Assembly: GCA_937934685.1 (NCBI GenBank)
Contig: CALGYU010000019.1
Location: forward strand, 7,373-71,372
Direction of reading: 5' to 3'
From: an uncultured Acholeplasma sp.
GTDB lineage: Bacteria > Bacillota_I > Bacilli_A > Acholeplasmatales > Acholeplasmataceae
Length of the DNA: 64,000 nt
Positions within the stretch are counted from its first letter, which is position 1; the number at the start of each line of letters is the position of its first letter. Shown in pieces: positions 39,324-48,655 of the stretch. Position numbers and translations under genes: made by a program. Under the pieces are notes generated by a model. The model worked only from the letters and a program-made list of their open reading frames with translations. It was not told the origin of the DNA and ran no database searches.

Positions 39324-39352
39324 TTGACTCATCCTTTTTTATATGCTAATAT
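39324..39352 (+). promoter_or_regulatory. Sigma-A promoter of the hydrolase-oxidoreductase operon
   Basis: TTGACT-17 bp-TAATAT with TG extension. Confidence 0.6.
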
Positions 39353-39383
39353 CATGTTAGAAAAAACAATTTAAGAGGTTAAG

Positions 39384-40670
39384 ATGGAAAACACATTAAA
39401 GACTTTTTATGCAAAAATTGAAGAACAAAAACTAAATGTTGATGGATTGTTTTTAATTAAAAATGATCAAATAGTTTCCAAAGCTTTTTGGAAACCATAT
39501 GATGAAAATCAATTACATCGTATGTACTCTATTTCAAAAAGTTTAACAATGATCGCAATCGGTCTACTTTTAACCGAGAAAAAAATTAAACTAACAGACC
39601 CTATCACAAAATACTTTGACTATGATGTCAAAGATGATCTCATTAACCAAATGACCATCAAAGATTTATTGACCATGAAAACAACCTTCACACAAACCAC
39701 TTATAAGAAGAGTGAGGGATCATGGTTAGAAAGCTTTTTTATAACACAACCAGATAAAAAACCCGGAACTATTTTTTCATATGATACGTCCGCTAGTTAT
39801 GTGCTATCAGCCTTAGTAGAAAAATTAAGTGGCATGAAGATGTTGGATTATGTCAAAAAATATTTTAACTTTAGCAAAGAAAGCTACATGATTCCAACCA
39901 CAGAAGGTATTTCACATGGCGGGTCAACCTTAATGGCTACGCTAAATGATTTAAAACTTCTAGGAGATATTTTAAAAACCAATGGTTTAGGTATCATTGA
40001 TGAAGCTTATATGAAAGAAGCCAAAAAGTTTCAATCAGACACAAGATATACAACCGATGGCTTTGACTTTACTTATGGCTATGGGTATCAAACATGGTTA
40101 AACAGTAAAAACGGATTTACAATGTATGGTATGGCAGGACAATTAGTTTATTACGACCAAGATCATGATATAACACTTATTACCGTATCAAACCTAACAA
40201 ACATGCCCAATGGAACACAAATGCTTCTTAATTTATATCATCAATACATTGGAGAAAAATCATCATTAATTTATGAAAACCAGTTTTATGCTTATCAAGG
40301 AGAAAGAATTAAATCAATTAACCAACCAGTCACAAATTTCAATCAAACATATCAAACAAATGATCACGTTAAAATTGACTTATCGATCAATCATAATATA
40401 GGCGCTTTAACTATTGGGAATCAAAAAATCGAATTTTCACTAAAGGATCAAATTAAAGGTGAATTTCCAAATACCAAGGAAACATACATCGCACAAGGCA
40501 TAGTTAAACCTAATAAGTTATATATCACACTTTACTTAACGAGTGAAGAATTGGGGACGCTTTATTTAGATGTTTCATATGATGATAAAACCATTGTGAT
40601 AGTAAGTAAAGGTTTTTCTGAAAACTACTTAAAAGAATGGAATTTTAATATAAAAGGAGAGAAAAAATGA
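39384..40670 (+). CDS. Serine hydrolase, beta-lactamase class C-like fold (probable esterase)
   Basis: YSISKS (SxxK), TIKDLLTM, PGTIFSYD, YGYQTW, G..GQ. Confidence 0.85.
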   Translation: MENTLKTFYAKIEEQKLNVDGLFLIKNDQIVSKAFWKPYDENQLHRMYSISKSLTMIAIGLLLTEKKIKLTDPITKYFDYDVKDDLINQMTIKDLLTMKTTFTQTTYKKSEGSWLESFFITQPDKKPGTIFSYDTSASYVLSALVEKLSGMKMLDYVKKYFNFSKESYMIPTTEGISHGGSTLMATLNDLKLLGDILKTNGLGIIDEAYMKEAKKFQSDTRYTTDGFDFTYGYGYQTWLNSKNGFTMYGMAGQLVYYDQDHDITLITVSNLTNMPNGTQMLLNLYHQYIGEKSSLIYENQFYAYQGERIKSINQPVTNFNQTYQTNDHVKIDLSINHNIGALTIGNQKIEFSLKDQIKGEFPNTKETYIAQGIVKPNKLYITLYLTSEELGTLYLDVSYDDKTIVIVSKGFSENYLKEWNFNIKGEKK

Positions 40671-41956
40671 AAAAGAAAAAGTATGTTCAAATCGGCGTTG
40701 GTGGCCGTGCTAGAATGTTTTATGAGGCAATCATCACCAAATATAAAGAAACAGCAGAATTGGTAGCTATTTGTGATTTAAGCCAAACTAGAATGGATTT
40801 TACCAATAACAATATTGAAGAATTAGGTGGAAACAAAGTTCCAACTTATCATTATTTAGAATTTGAAAAAATGTTAGATGAGCAAAAACCAGATTATGTC
40901 ATCATTACAACCGTAGATAGAACGCATCATGATTATATGATTCGTGCCATGAGAAAGGGTTGTGATGTAATTACTGAAAAACCAATGACAATTGACGCTG
41001 AGAAAATCCAACAAATTTTAGATGTTCAAAAAGAAACTGGAAGAGAAGTGAAAGTAACATTTAACTACCGTTACTCACCAAATAACACTAAAATTAAAGA
41101 ATTAATTTCAAGTGGTGTGATTGGAGATGTTTTCTCAATTCACTTTGAATGGTTATTAAATACTCAACATGGTGCAGATTACTACAGAAGATGGCATAGA
41201 AATAAAGCCAACAGTGGTGGATTATTGGTTCACAAATCAACACACCATTTTGATTTAGTAAACTTTTGGTTAGATGCTAACCCTAAAACTGTTTTTGCTT
41301 TTGGAGAAAGAAACTTTTATGGTAGAGACAATGCTGAAAAACGTGGCGTAACTAAATTCTATGAACGTTCATACGGGAATGTTACACCAGAAGAAGATCC
41401 ATTTGCAATCGATCTTACAGCTAATCCAACACTTAAAGGTCTTTACTTAGATGCAGAAAAAGATAGTGGCTATATTAGAGATAGAAGCGTCTTTTCAGAT
41501 GATATTTCTATAGAAGATACCATGGGAGTTATTGTTCAATACGATAATAAAGCGATCTTAACATACTCTTTAAACTCATATATGCCTTGGGAAGGTTATA
41601 ATGTTTCAATTAACGGTTCAAAAGGTAGAATTGAATATAATGTGATTGAAAAATCATACATCAACGCTGGAGGAGACAAAGGCGATGAAGGGGCAACCTT
41701 AAAGAAAAAAATCTTTGTTCATCCAATGTTTGGTAAACCATATGAAGTACACTTTGTTGAAGGTGTAGGTGGTCACGGTGGTGGAGATAATGTGATGTTA
41801 GAACACATTTTTGGTGCACCAACAGGCGTGGATGAGTTCAACAGAGCGGCTAATCATATCGATGGCGCAAAATCAGTTTTAACTGGTGTTGCAGCTAACA
41901 AATCGATTGCTAGTGGTCAATCCGTTGATGTTGCTTCATTAGTTAAATTTTATTAA
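40667..41956 (+). CDS. Gfo/Idh/MocA family oxidoreductase (YteT-like)
   Basis: GVGGRA, ITEKPM, FNYRY, HGADYYRRWHR, GGLLVHKSTHHFD, GHGGGD. Confidence 0.9.
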   Translation: MKKKKYVQIGVGGRARMFYEAIITKYKETAELVAICDLSQTRMDFTNNNIEELGGNKVPTYHYLEFEKMLDEQKPDYVIITTVDRTHHDYMIRAMRKGCDVITEKPMTIDAEKIQQILDVQKETGREVKVTFNYRYSPNNTKIKELISSGVIGDVFSIHFEWLLNTQHGADYYRRWHRNKANSGGLLVHKSTHHFDLVNFWLDANPKTVFAFGERNFYGRDNAEKRGVTKFYERSYGNVTPEEDPFAIDLTANPTLKGLYLDAEKDSGYIRDRSVFSDDISIEDTMGVIVQYDNKAILTYSLNSYMPWEGYNVSINGSKGRIEYNVIEKSYINAGGDKGDEGATLKKKIFVHPMFGKPYEVHFVEGVGGHGGGDNVMLEHIFGAPTGVDEFNRAANHIDGAKSVLTGVAANKSIASGQSVDVASLVKFY

Positions 41957-41964
41957 GAAAATAG

Positions 41965-41998
41965 ACAGAAATGATGAAAAAGTCATTTCTGTTTTTTT
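41965..41998 (+). terminator. Terminator after oxidoreductase
   Basis: acagaaatga...tcatttctgt followed by T run. Confidence 0.75.
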
Positions 41999-42054
41999 AT
42001 CAAAAAAAAGAACTTATCTTCAATAAATTTTGAAAATAAATTCTTGTTTAAATC

Positions 42055-43284
42055 TTATTTAATATTTTTAATTTTATCAATCGCTTTTTTTCGTTCACTT
42101 AATGCTTTTTCATAAGCACTTTCCTCTTTAGGCACATAATATTTAGTTTGTAATAAAGATTCTGGCATGTAACGTTGTGCGTTTAAACTAAATTTATCAT
42201 CATGAGGATAATGATAAATACTAGGATCTTTATTAATCTCACGATTCAAAGCATGATCAGGAATATTAGAACTCTTTCCTTCCATAAAATCATTAATCGC
42301 TTGATCTAAAGCAGTATAAGAAGTATTAGACTTAGGAGACAAACTCATATCAATCACAATATTTGCTAAAGGAATTCTAGCCTCAGGAACACCCAACATT
42401 TTGGCAGCCTGACATGCGGCCATTACTTTTTGTCCCATCGTTGGATTGGCTAGCCCAATATCTTCATATGCAATGACAATAAGTCTTCTATAAATGATTT
42501 CTAAGTCACCTAAAACCCATAATCTAGCCAAATAATGAAGTGCGGCATCCACATCAGAACCTCTAATCGATTTTTGTAAAGCACTTAAAATATCATAGAA
42601 ATGGTCTTCACCCTGATCTAAGGCTAATTGAGCCTTACCAGCCACTTTTCTAACCACTTGACTGGTAATGATATCTCCATCTTCTAAAACCAATGAAGCC
42701 GCTTCTAAAAGGTTTAAAGCACTTCTAATTTCATAGTTTGAAAATCTAATAATAGTTTCAAGTGCATCAGGGTTTAACTTAACATCTACATCTAGGTGAT
42801 GTTGAGCGTTTAATAAAGCTTTTTTAATATCTTCATCGGATAAAGACTTCACCTCATATAAATGACATCTAGATCTAATCGCACTATTTATACTTTGATA
42901 TGGATTAACAGTTGTAATACCAATGACAATGGCTTTACCACTTTCCATAAAAGGTAATAAATAATCTTGAATATCTTTTTTCATACGGTGAATTTCATCG
43001 ATGATTAATAAGACATCATGATAACTGGTCATATTTAAAATATCAGCTAATTTTGCTTTATTATCAGTAGAGGCGTTAAAAAAATAAGTATCCAGTTCAC
43101 TTTTGGTAGCAAATAAGCTAGCAATAGTGGTCTTACCAGTTCCTGGATTACCATGTAAAATGAAAGATAAATACTTTTTCTTCTCAATCATTTTAGTTAA
43201 AACACCATCACGACCTACCAAATGGTCTTGACCATAAACGTCTTTAAACTCGCTTGGTCTCATACGATATGCTAAAGGTTGCAT
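42055..43284 (-). CDS. rarA: Replication-associated recombination protein A (MgsA/RarA AAA+)
   Basis: PLAYRMRP, GQDHL, GNPGTGKTT, IDEIHR, QD.LLP, SALQKSIRGSD, EDIGLA, PKSN. Confidence 0.96.
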   Translation of the reverse strand: MQPLAYRMRPSEFKDVYGQDHLVGRDGVLTKMIEKKKYLSFILHGNPGTGKTTIASLFATKSELDTYFFNASTDNKAKLADILNMTSYHDVLLIIDEIHRMKKDIQDYLLPFMESGKAIVIGITTVNPYQSINSAIRSRCHLYEVKSLSDEDIKKALLNAQHHLDVDVKLNPDALETIIRFSNYEIRSALNLLEAASLVLEDGDIITSQVVRKVAGKAQLALDQGEDHFYDILSALQKSIRGSDVDAALHYLARLWVLGDLEIIYRRLIVIAYEDIGLANPTMGQKVMAACQAAKMLGVPEARIPLANIVIDMSLSPKSNTSYTALDQAINDFMEGKSSNIPDHALNREINKDPSIYHYPHDDKFSLNAQRYMPESLLQTKYYVPKEESAYEKALSERKKAIDKIKNIK

Positions 43285-43398
43285 GTTTATCAACTCCTAA
43301 CTCTATTATATCACGGTCTTACCTTGAAAAAATGTTGATTTTAGATTAAAATATAAGGGTTAAGAAAGTTATTTATTTTCAATATGGAGGGTAACAAA

Positions 43399-43911
43399 AT
43401 GGATTTAAAAAAATATATTGCAGCAGTTCCAAATTTTCCTAAGGAAGGCATTTTATTTCGAGACATCACACCGTTGATGTTAGATGGAAATGCATATAAA
43501 TTTGCATCAGATGAATTTACTAAATTTGCACAAGAACAAAAAGCAACAGTCATTGTTGGACCTGAGGCGAGAGGATTTATTTTTGGATGCCCTGTGGCAG
43601 TGAATTTAGGGATTGGATTTGCTCCAGTTAGAAAGCCAGGCAAATTACCAAGAGAAACAAAAACAGTCAGTTATGATTTAGAATATGGCACCAATAGTTT
43701 ATCTATTCATCAAGACGCCATTAAAAAAGGAGATCGTGTTTTAATCGTTGATGATCTTTTAGCAACCGGTGGAACTGTTGATGCGACCATTAAATTAGTT
43801 GAATCTTTAGGTGGAGTCATCGTTGGTTTAGCATTTTTAATAGAACTAGAAGATTTAAATGGTAGATCAGGTATTAACCAATATCCAATCAAAACATTGA
43901 TCAAATATTAA
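43399..43911 (+). CDS. apt: Adenine phosphoribosyltransferase
   Basis: [38 protein letters not shown]. Confidence 0.98.
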   Translation: MDLKKYIAAVPNFPKEGILFRDITPLMLDGNAYKFASDEFTKFAQEQKATVIVGPEARGFIFGCPVAVNLGIGFAPVRKPGKLPRETKTVSYDLEYGTNSLSIHQDAIKKGDRVLIVDDLLATGGTVDATIKLVESLGGVIVGLAFLIELEDLNGRSGINQYPIKTLIKY

Positions 43912-43932
43912 TAACAGAACGAGGTGGTCAAT

Positions 43933-46131
43933 TTGACCCAACAAGATACGTTGTATCAAGCATTAATGAATGATGTAAAAACATACATCACCAAAGAAGA
44001 AGATTTAAATTTAATTACAAAAGCCTATCAATTAGCTAAAGAAAAACATACGGGTCAAACTAGGAGAAGTGGTGAACCATACATCATCCATCCGGTTGCG
44101 GTGACCCGTATTTTAGCTAGTCTTAGAGGTGGGCCTAATACATTAATTGCAGGATTATTACACGATATAGTTGAGGATACGGATATTGAACTTAAAGATT
44201 TGGTTCAATGGTTTAGTCAAGATGTTGCAAGTTTGGTTGATGGGGTTACAAAACTAACCAAACTATCTTTTAGTACCAACACAAACAATATCAGTACAAC
44301 TCAAGCCGATAACCATCAAAAAATGTTACTTGCAATGGCAAAAGATATTCGTGTAGTTATTATAAAAATAGCGGATAGATTGCATAATATGAGAACTATT
44401 GATTTTATGCCGGGTGATAAACAAATATTGATTGCTAAGGAAACCTTAGAGATTTATGCACCGCTTGCACATAGACTAGGGTTATTTAGAATTAAAGCAG
44501 AATTAGAAGATAGATCTTTACGATATACAGATCCAGGGATGTATTTTAAGATTTCTAACTTGATTAAGCAAAAAAAATCGCAACGAGAAAAATCAATTGA
44601 ACAAGTCATTAAACATATTGAAACGTTGTTTGAAGAACAACATTTAATGCAATTTGAAATCAAAGGTCGTATTAAAAACATATATAGTATTTATAAAAAA
44701 ATGATGCGAGATGACCGTGATTTTGAAGATATTTATGACCTTTTAGCCGTTAGAATTATTGTTGATAAAGTAGAAACATGTTATCAAGCATTAGGAATCA
44801 TTCATGGAAACTACACACCCATTCCAAGAAGATTTAAAGATTATATTGCAGTACCTAAACCCAACCTATATCAGTCACTACATACCACTGTTTTGTCAAC
44901 AGACGGAACGTTGTTTGAAGTCCAAATTAGAACACCTGAAATGGATGATATTGCAGAAAATGGGATTGCAGCACACTGGGCGTATAAAGAAAATAAAGCA
45001 TATTCAAAAGAAAAAGAACAATTTGAAATTGCTCAAAAACTTAAATGGTATGGTGAACTTTTAAGAATGAGTGAGGATGTGGATGATCGTAGCGAAGGAT
45101 CAGAAGCATTTGTGGAATCTGTTAAAAGTGACATTTTAAGTGATAACGTTTATGTGTTTACACCAAAAGGTGAAGTGGTTGAATTACCAAGAGGATCAAC
45201 ACCTATTGATTTTGCCTACCGTATTCACTCAGATGTAGGGAATAGTATGGTGGGAGCAACCATTAACGATAGAATCGCGACTTTAGATCAAGAGTTAAAT
45301 ACAGGTGACATCATCAGTGTTAGAACCAATAAAAAATCATCAGGTCCAAGTGAAGATTGGTTAAAAATTGCTAAATCTTCTCACGCCAAACATAAAATTA
45401 AAGGCTTTTTAAATAAAAAAAATCGAGACTATCTCATACTTTCAGGTAAAAACATGTTAGAAGATGAGTTAGATAGTGTTAAAGTACCGTATACAATAGA
45501 TGATAATTTTGCTAAAAAGCATTTTGAAAAAAACTCAGTGACTTGTTTAACAGATCTTTATTTAGAAATAGGAAAAACCAATATCAGTCCCAAAACGGTA
45601 GTTAATAAAATAGTTCAACCGGAAATTAATAAAGAAGCTATGTTACAAAGACAAATGGAAAAAGCTACCAGACAACTCATTGCTCAAAGTGAAACCGGAG
45701 TGATTGTAGAAGGGTTAAGTAATCCTCAGTTAAGATTATCTAATTGTTGTACACCTGTGCTAAACGATGAGGTTGTTGGTTATGTAACAAAAGGAGCAGG
45801 GATTGTTATCCATAGAAAAGATTGTCCCAACTTATTATCCTATGACCAAAATAGACTATTAGAAGCCTATTGGGGATCAAATGTTAAACGTAAATACGCA
45901 ACATGGATTAAAATTGTGGGTTCAAGTAGAGCAGGTTTAGTTCCAGAAATTATTGTTGCGATTAACGCTGTGGGTGTATCTATATTAGAAATTAACGCAG
46001 TAGCAAACAGTAAATTAGAATCTACAGTAAAACTTAAAGTATCCTTATCTAACGTAGAAGAATTAAATACTTTAATTGTTAACTTACATAAAATACCACA
46101 AGTTTATCAGATTGAAAGGGATATTAGATGA
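43933..46131 (+). CDS. relA: Bifunctional (p)ppGpp synthetase/hydrolase Rel
   Basis: HTGQTRRSGEPYIIHP, LHDIVED, ADRLHNMRT, YQSLHT, EVQIRT, TGS and ACT domains; TTG start after GAGGTG. Confidence 0.97.
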   Translation: MTQQDTLYQALMNDVKTYITKEEDLNLITKAYQLAKEKHTGQTRRSGEPYIIHPVAVTRILASLRGGPNTLIAGLLHDIVEDTDIELKDLVQWFSQDVASLVDGVTKLTKLSFSTNTNNISTTQADNHQKMLLAMAKDIRVVIIKIADRLHNMRTIDFMPGDKQILIAKETLEIYAPLAHRLGLFRIKAELEDRSLRYTDPGMYFKISNLIKQKKSQREKSIEQVIKHIETLFEEQHLMQFEIKGRIKNIYSIYKKMMRDDRDFEDIYDLLAVRIIVDKVETCYQALGIIHGNYTPIPRRFKDYIAVPKPNLYQSLHTTVLSTDGTLFEVQIRTPEMDDIAENGIAAHWAYKENKAYSKEKEQFEIAQKLKWYGELLRMSEDVDDRSEGSEAFVESVKSDILSDNVYVFTPKGEVVELPRGSTPIDFAYRIHSDVGNSMVGATINDRIATLDQELNTGDIISVRTNKKSSGPSEDWLKIAKSSHAKHKIKGFLNKKNRDYLILSGKNMLEDELDSVKVPYTIDDNFAKKHFEKNSVTCLTDLYLEIGKTNISPKTVVNKIVQPEINKEAMLQRQMEKATRQLIAQSETGVIVEGLSNPQLRLSNCCTPVLNDEVVGYVTKGAGIVIHRKDCPNLLSYDQNRLLEAYWGSNVKRKYATWIKIVGSSRAGLVPEIIVAINAVGVSILEINAVANSKLESTVKLKVSLSNVEELNTLIVNLHKIPQVYQIERDIR

Positions 46132-46562
46132 GAGTTGTTGTTCAAAGAGTCAAAAAAGCTTCAGTAAGCGTTGATGACCAAGTCATTAACCAAATAGATC
46201 AAGGCTTTTTAATTTATTTAGGTATTCATCAAGATGACACAGCAGAAATGATTTTAAAAATGGCAGACAAAGTAGGGAAACTAAGAATATTTGAAGATAA
46301 TGAAGGAAAGATGAACTTATCTTTAAGTGATGTGAAGGGCTCATGTTTAATCATTTCACAGTTTACTCTTTATGGAGATACGAAGAAAAATAATAGACCA
46401 TCCTTCATAACTGCTGCCAGACCAGAGACAGCCATTCCTTTATATGAATTATTTATTGAAACCTTAAAAGGAAAGTTTGAGGTTAAAACAGGCGTTTTTG
46501 GAGCGCACATGGAAGTTATGTCAAATAACGATGGACCAGTCACTATTTTGATAGAGATGTAG
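46128..46562 (+). CDS. dtd: D-aminoacyl-tRNA deacylase
   Basis: MRVVVQRV, SQFTL, GVFGAHM, NDGPVT. Confidence 0.97.
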   Translation: MRVVVQRVKKASVSVDDQVINQIDQGFLIYLGIHQDDTAEMILKMADKVGKLRIFEDNEGKMNLSLSDVKGSCLIISQFTLYGDTKKNNRPSFITAARPETAIPLYELFIETLKGKFEVKTGVFGAHMEVMSNNDGPVTILIEM

Positions 46563-46573
46563 TTTTAATTTTA

Positions 46574-46602
46574 TTGACAAAAAAGCTAAAATCATATATT
46601 AT
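46574..46602 (+). promoter_or_regulatory. Sigma-A promoter of the T-box leader
   Basis: TTGACA-17 bp-TATTAT (a TATAAT also overlaps at 46600). Confidence 0.65.
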
Positions 46603-46619
46603 AATAGTAGTATAATTTA

Positions 46620-46818
46620 ATAAGCCGATGATAAAGAATAGTTTTATTTTAACATTTATGAAAGCGAGCAACGAGGGTGAAAGGTTGTATAAATTCAAAT
46701 AAAAGGGACAACTTTTGAGGCTAACACAATAAAACAAGGGCTAAATATGGTAAAATATTTAGAACTAAGGTGGCACCGCGAATCATTCGTCCTTAGATTT
46801 TTTCTAAGGGCTTTTTTG
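46620..46818 (+). promoter_or_regulatory. T-box riboswitch, probable Asp (GAC) specifier
   Basis: GA motif (ccGATGA...tGAggc), AGCGA and GGTGAAAG apical motifs, GAC at 46707-46709, T-box AAGGTGGCACCGCG at 46767-46780, terminator ccttaga/tctaagg plus T run. Confidence 0.92.
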
Positions 46819-46839
46819 TTATAAAAGGAGAATGTTAGA

Positions 46840-47400
46840 ATGAAAGTATCTAGAATTATATTTGATCACTATATGTTAAGAGATATTGAACTGAAAGATT
46901 TTTTAGATATGTATGAATATGGTTCTGACATGAAAGTGGTTGAAAACTTAAGTTGGGGGCCATTTAAAGACAAAAAAGAAGCTTATGATTCAATTAAAAC
47001 CTATTTTCTATCAAGGCCAACACGTGGATTACCTGTAGGGTATGCGATCATTGATTTGTCCAATCAAAAAATGATTGGGACGATTGATTTCCATACCGTT
47101 TATGAAGGAAATAAAGCCGAAATAGGATATGCATTAAACTATCTATATTGGAAAAAAGGCATCATGAGTAAGGCTTTGAGTAAAATGTTAAGTATTGGAT
47201 TCTTTCAGTTAAATTATGATAGTATCATCATCAAACATGTAGAATCTAATATTGGTAGTAAACGTGTAATTGAAAAAAATAAGTTTGTATTAAAAGAAGT
47301 TATTCCAAAGGGCAATTTTAATCGTTTTAAAAATGCATTTGATAACGTTTATTTATATGAAATGACAAAAAAGGAGTATGAATATGATCACAAAAGTTAA
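46840..47400 (+). CDS. RimJ/RimL-family GNAT N-acetyltransferase
   Basis: IGTID, AEIGYAL...YWKKGIMSKAL, NIGSKRVIEK. Confidence 0.88.
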   Translation: MKVSRIIFDHYMLRDIELKDFLDMYEYGSDMKVVENLSWGPFKDKKEAYDSIKTYFLSRPTRGLPVGYAIIDLSNQKMIGTIDFHTVYEGNKAEIGYALNYLYWKKGIMSKALSKMLSIGFFQLNYDSIIIKHVESNIGSKRVIEKNKFVLKEVIPKGNFNRFKNAFDNVYLYEMTKKEYEYDHKS

Positions 47401-48655
47401 AGGTACATATGATGTATTAGTTCCAGAAACTAAAAAATGGCAGGCACTAGAAGCGAAGGTAAGAACTCTATATGAGTTTTATAATTATGATGAAATCAGA
47501 ACACCTATTATGGAATATAGTAAAGTGTTTCACCGTGATTCTGAACAATCAGAAATGGTCACTAAAGAAACTTATAATTTTTTAGATAGAAGTGACAGAG
47601 AAATAACCTTAAGACCTGAAGGGACAGCAGGTGTGATTAGAAGTTATATTGAAAACAAATTATACACCTCACAAGAAGTGTCTAAGTTTTATTATATTGG
47701 GCCTAATTTCAGATATGAAAGACCACAAAAAGGCAGATATCGTCAGTTTTCACAATTTGGAATTGAAGCGGTAGGTTCTAATGATCCTATGTTAGATGTT
47801 GAAGCGTTAGCTTTAGCTTATGAAACCATTAAAAGATTAGGTTTAAAAGGTGTTAGAGTTAAAATCAATACGTTAGGTGATGAAGAATCTAGAAAAAATT
47901 TCCAGGAAGCATTGGTAAATCATTTTACACCTCATAAAGAAACCTTATGTAAAGATTGCCAAGCAAGACTTGAAAAAAATCCTTTACGTATTTTAGACTG
48001 TAAAATTGATAGTGAACATGAAGCAATGAAAAGCGCACCAACGCCAGTAGAGTATTTAACTAAAGATGCTCATGAGCGTTATTTAAAAGTTTTAAACGGA
48101 TTAAATCTTGCAAATATTCCATACGAAACAGCTCCAAGATTAGTTCGTGGGCTAGATTATTACAGCCATACTGTTTTTGAGATAGTTGCGGATATTGAAG
48201 GCTTTGGGGCTCAAAACGTATTAGGCGGCGGTGGACGCTATGAAAAATTAGTATCTGAACTCGGTGGACCAGATTTAAGTGGCATTGGGTTTGCTTTTGG
48301 AATGGAAAGACTATTGTTAGCATTAGAAGCAGAAGAAATAGAAATTGCTGAGAAAAAAACAGTAGATGCCTATGTTTTAGTATTTGACGAAAAAGATAAA
48401 ATTGAGGCTTCAAAATTAGTGTATACACTAAGAGCAAACGATATTAAAGCAGAAATGAATTATATGGGTAAAAACTTTAAAGGGCAGTTAAAACAAGCTT
48501 TAAAACAAGAATCAAAGTATTTACTTATTTTAGGTGAAGAAGAGATTAAAACCAAAACGATTACGGTTAAAAACACCAAAACTGAGGAACAAGAAATTAT
48601 TCCTGAGAAAATCATTGTTAAACATTTAAAGGAGTCAATTAAGACATGGAACTAA
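47384..48655 (+). CDS. hisS: Histidine--tRNA ligase
   Basis: KGTYD, LRPEGTA, FRYERPQKGRYRQF, LVRGLDYY, GGGRY, GFAFGMER. Confidence 0.98.
   Translation: MITKVKGTYDVLVPETKKWQALEAKVRTLYEFYNYDEIRTPIMEYSKVFHRDSEQSEMVTKETYNFLDRSDREITLRPEGTAGVIRSYIENKLYTSQEVSKFYYIGPNFRYERPQKGRYRQFSQFGIEAVGSNDPMLDVEALALAYETIKRLGLKGVRVKINTLGDEESRKNFQEALVNHFTPHKETLCKDCQARLEKNPLRILDCKIDSEHEAMKSAPTPVEYLTKDAHERYLKVLNGLNLANIPYETAPRLVRGLDYYSHTVFEIVADIEGFGAQNVLGGGGRYEKLVSELGGPDLSGIGFAFGMERLLLALEAEEIEIAEKKTVDAYVLVFDEKDKIEASKLVYTLRANDIKAEMNYMGKNFKGQLKQALKQESKYLLILGEEEIKTKTITVKNTKTEEQEIIPEKIIVKHLKESIKTWN

Noticed and set aside
39384-40670. Beta-lactam resistance gene
   Set aside because: No signal peptide, non-canonical YDT in place of YxN, and probably a wall-less host; an esterase-type serine hydrolase is more plausible
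46840-47400. GNAT toxin of the AtaT/TacT type that acetylates aminoacyl-tRNA
   Set aside because: Motifs are RimJ/RimL-like and no adjacent RHH antitoxin gene is present
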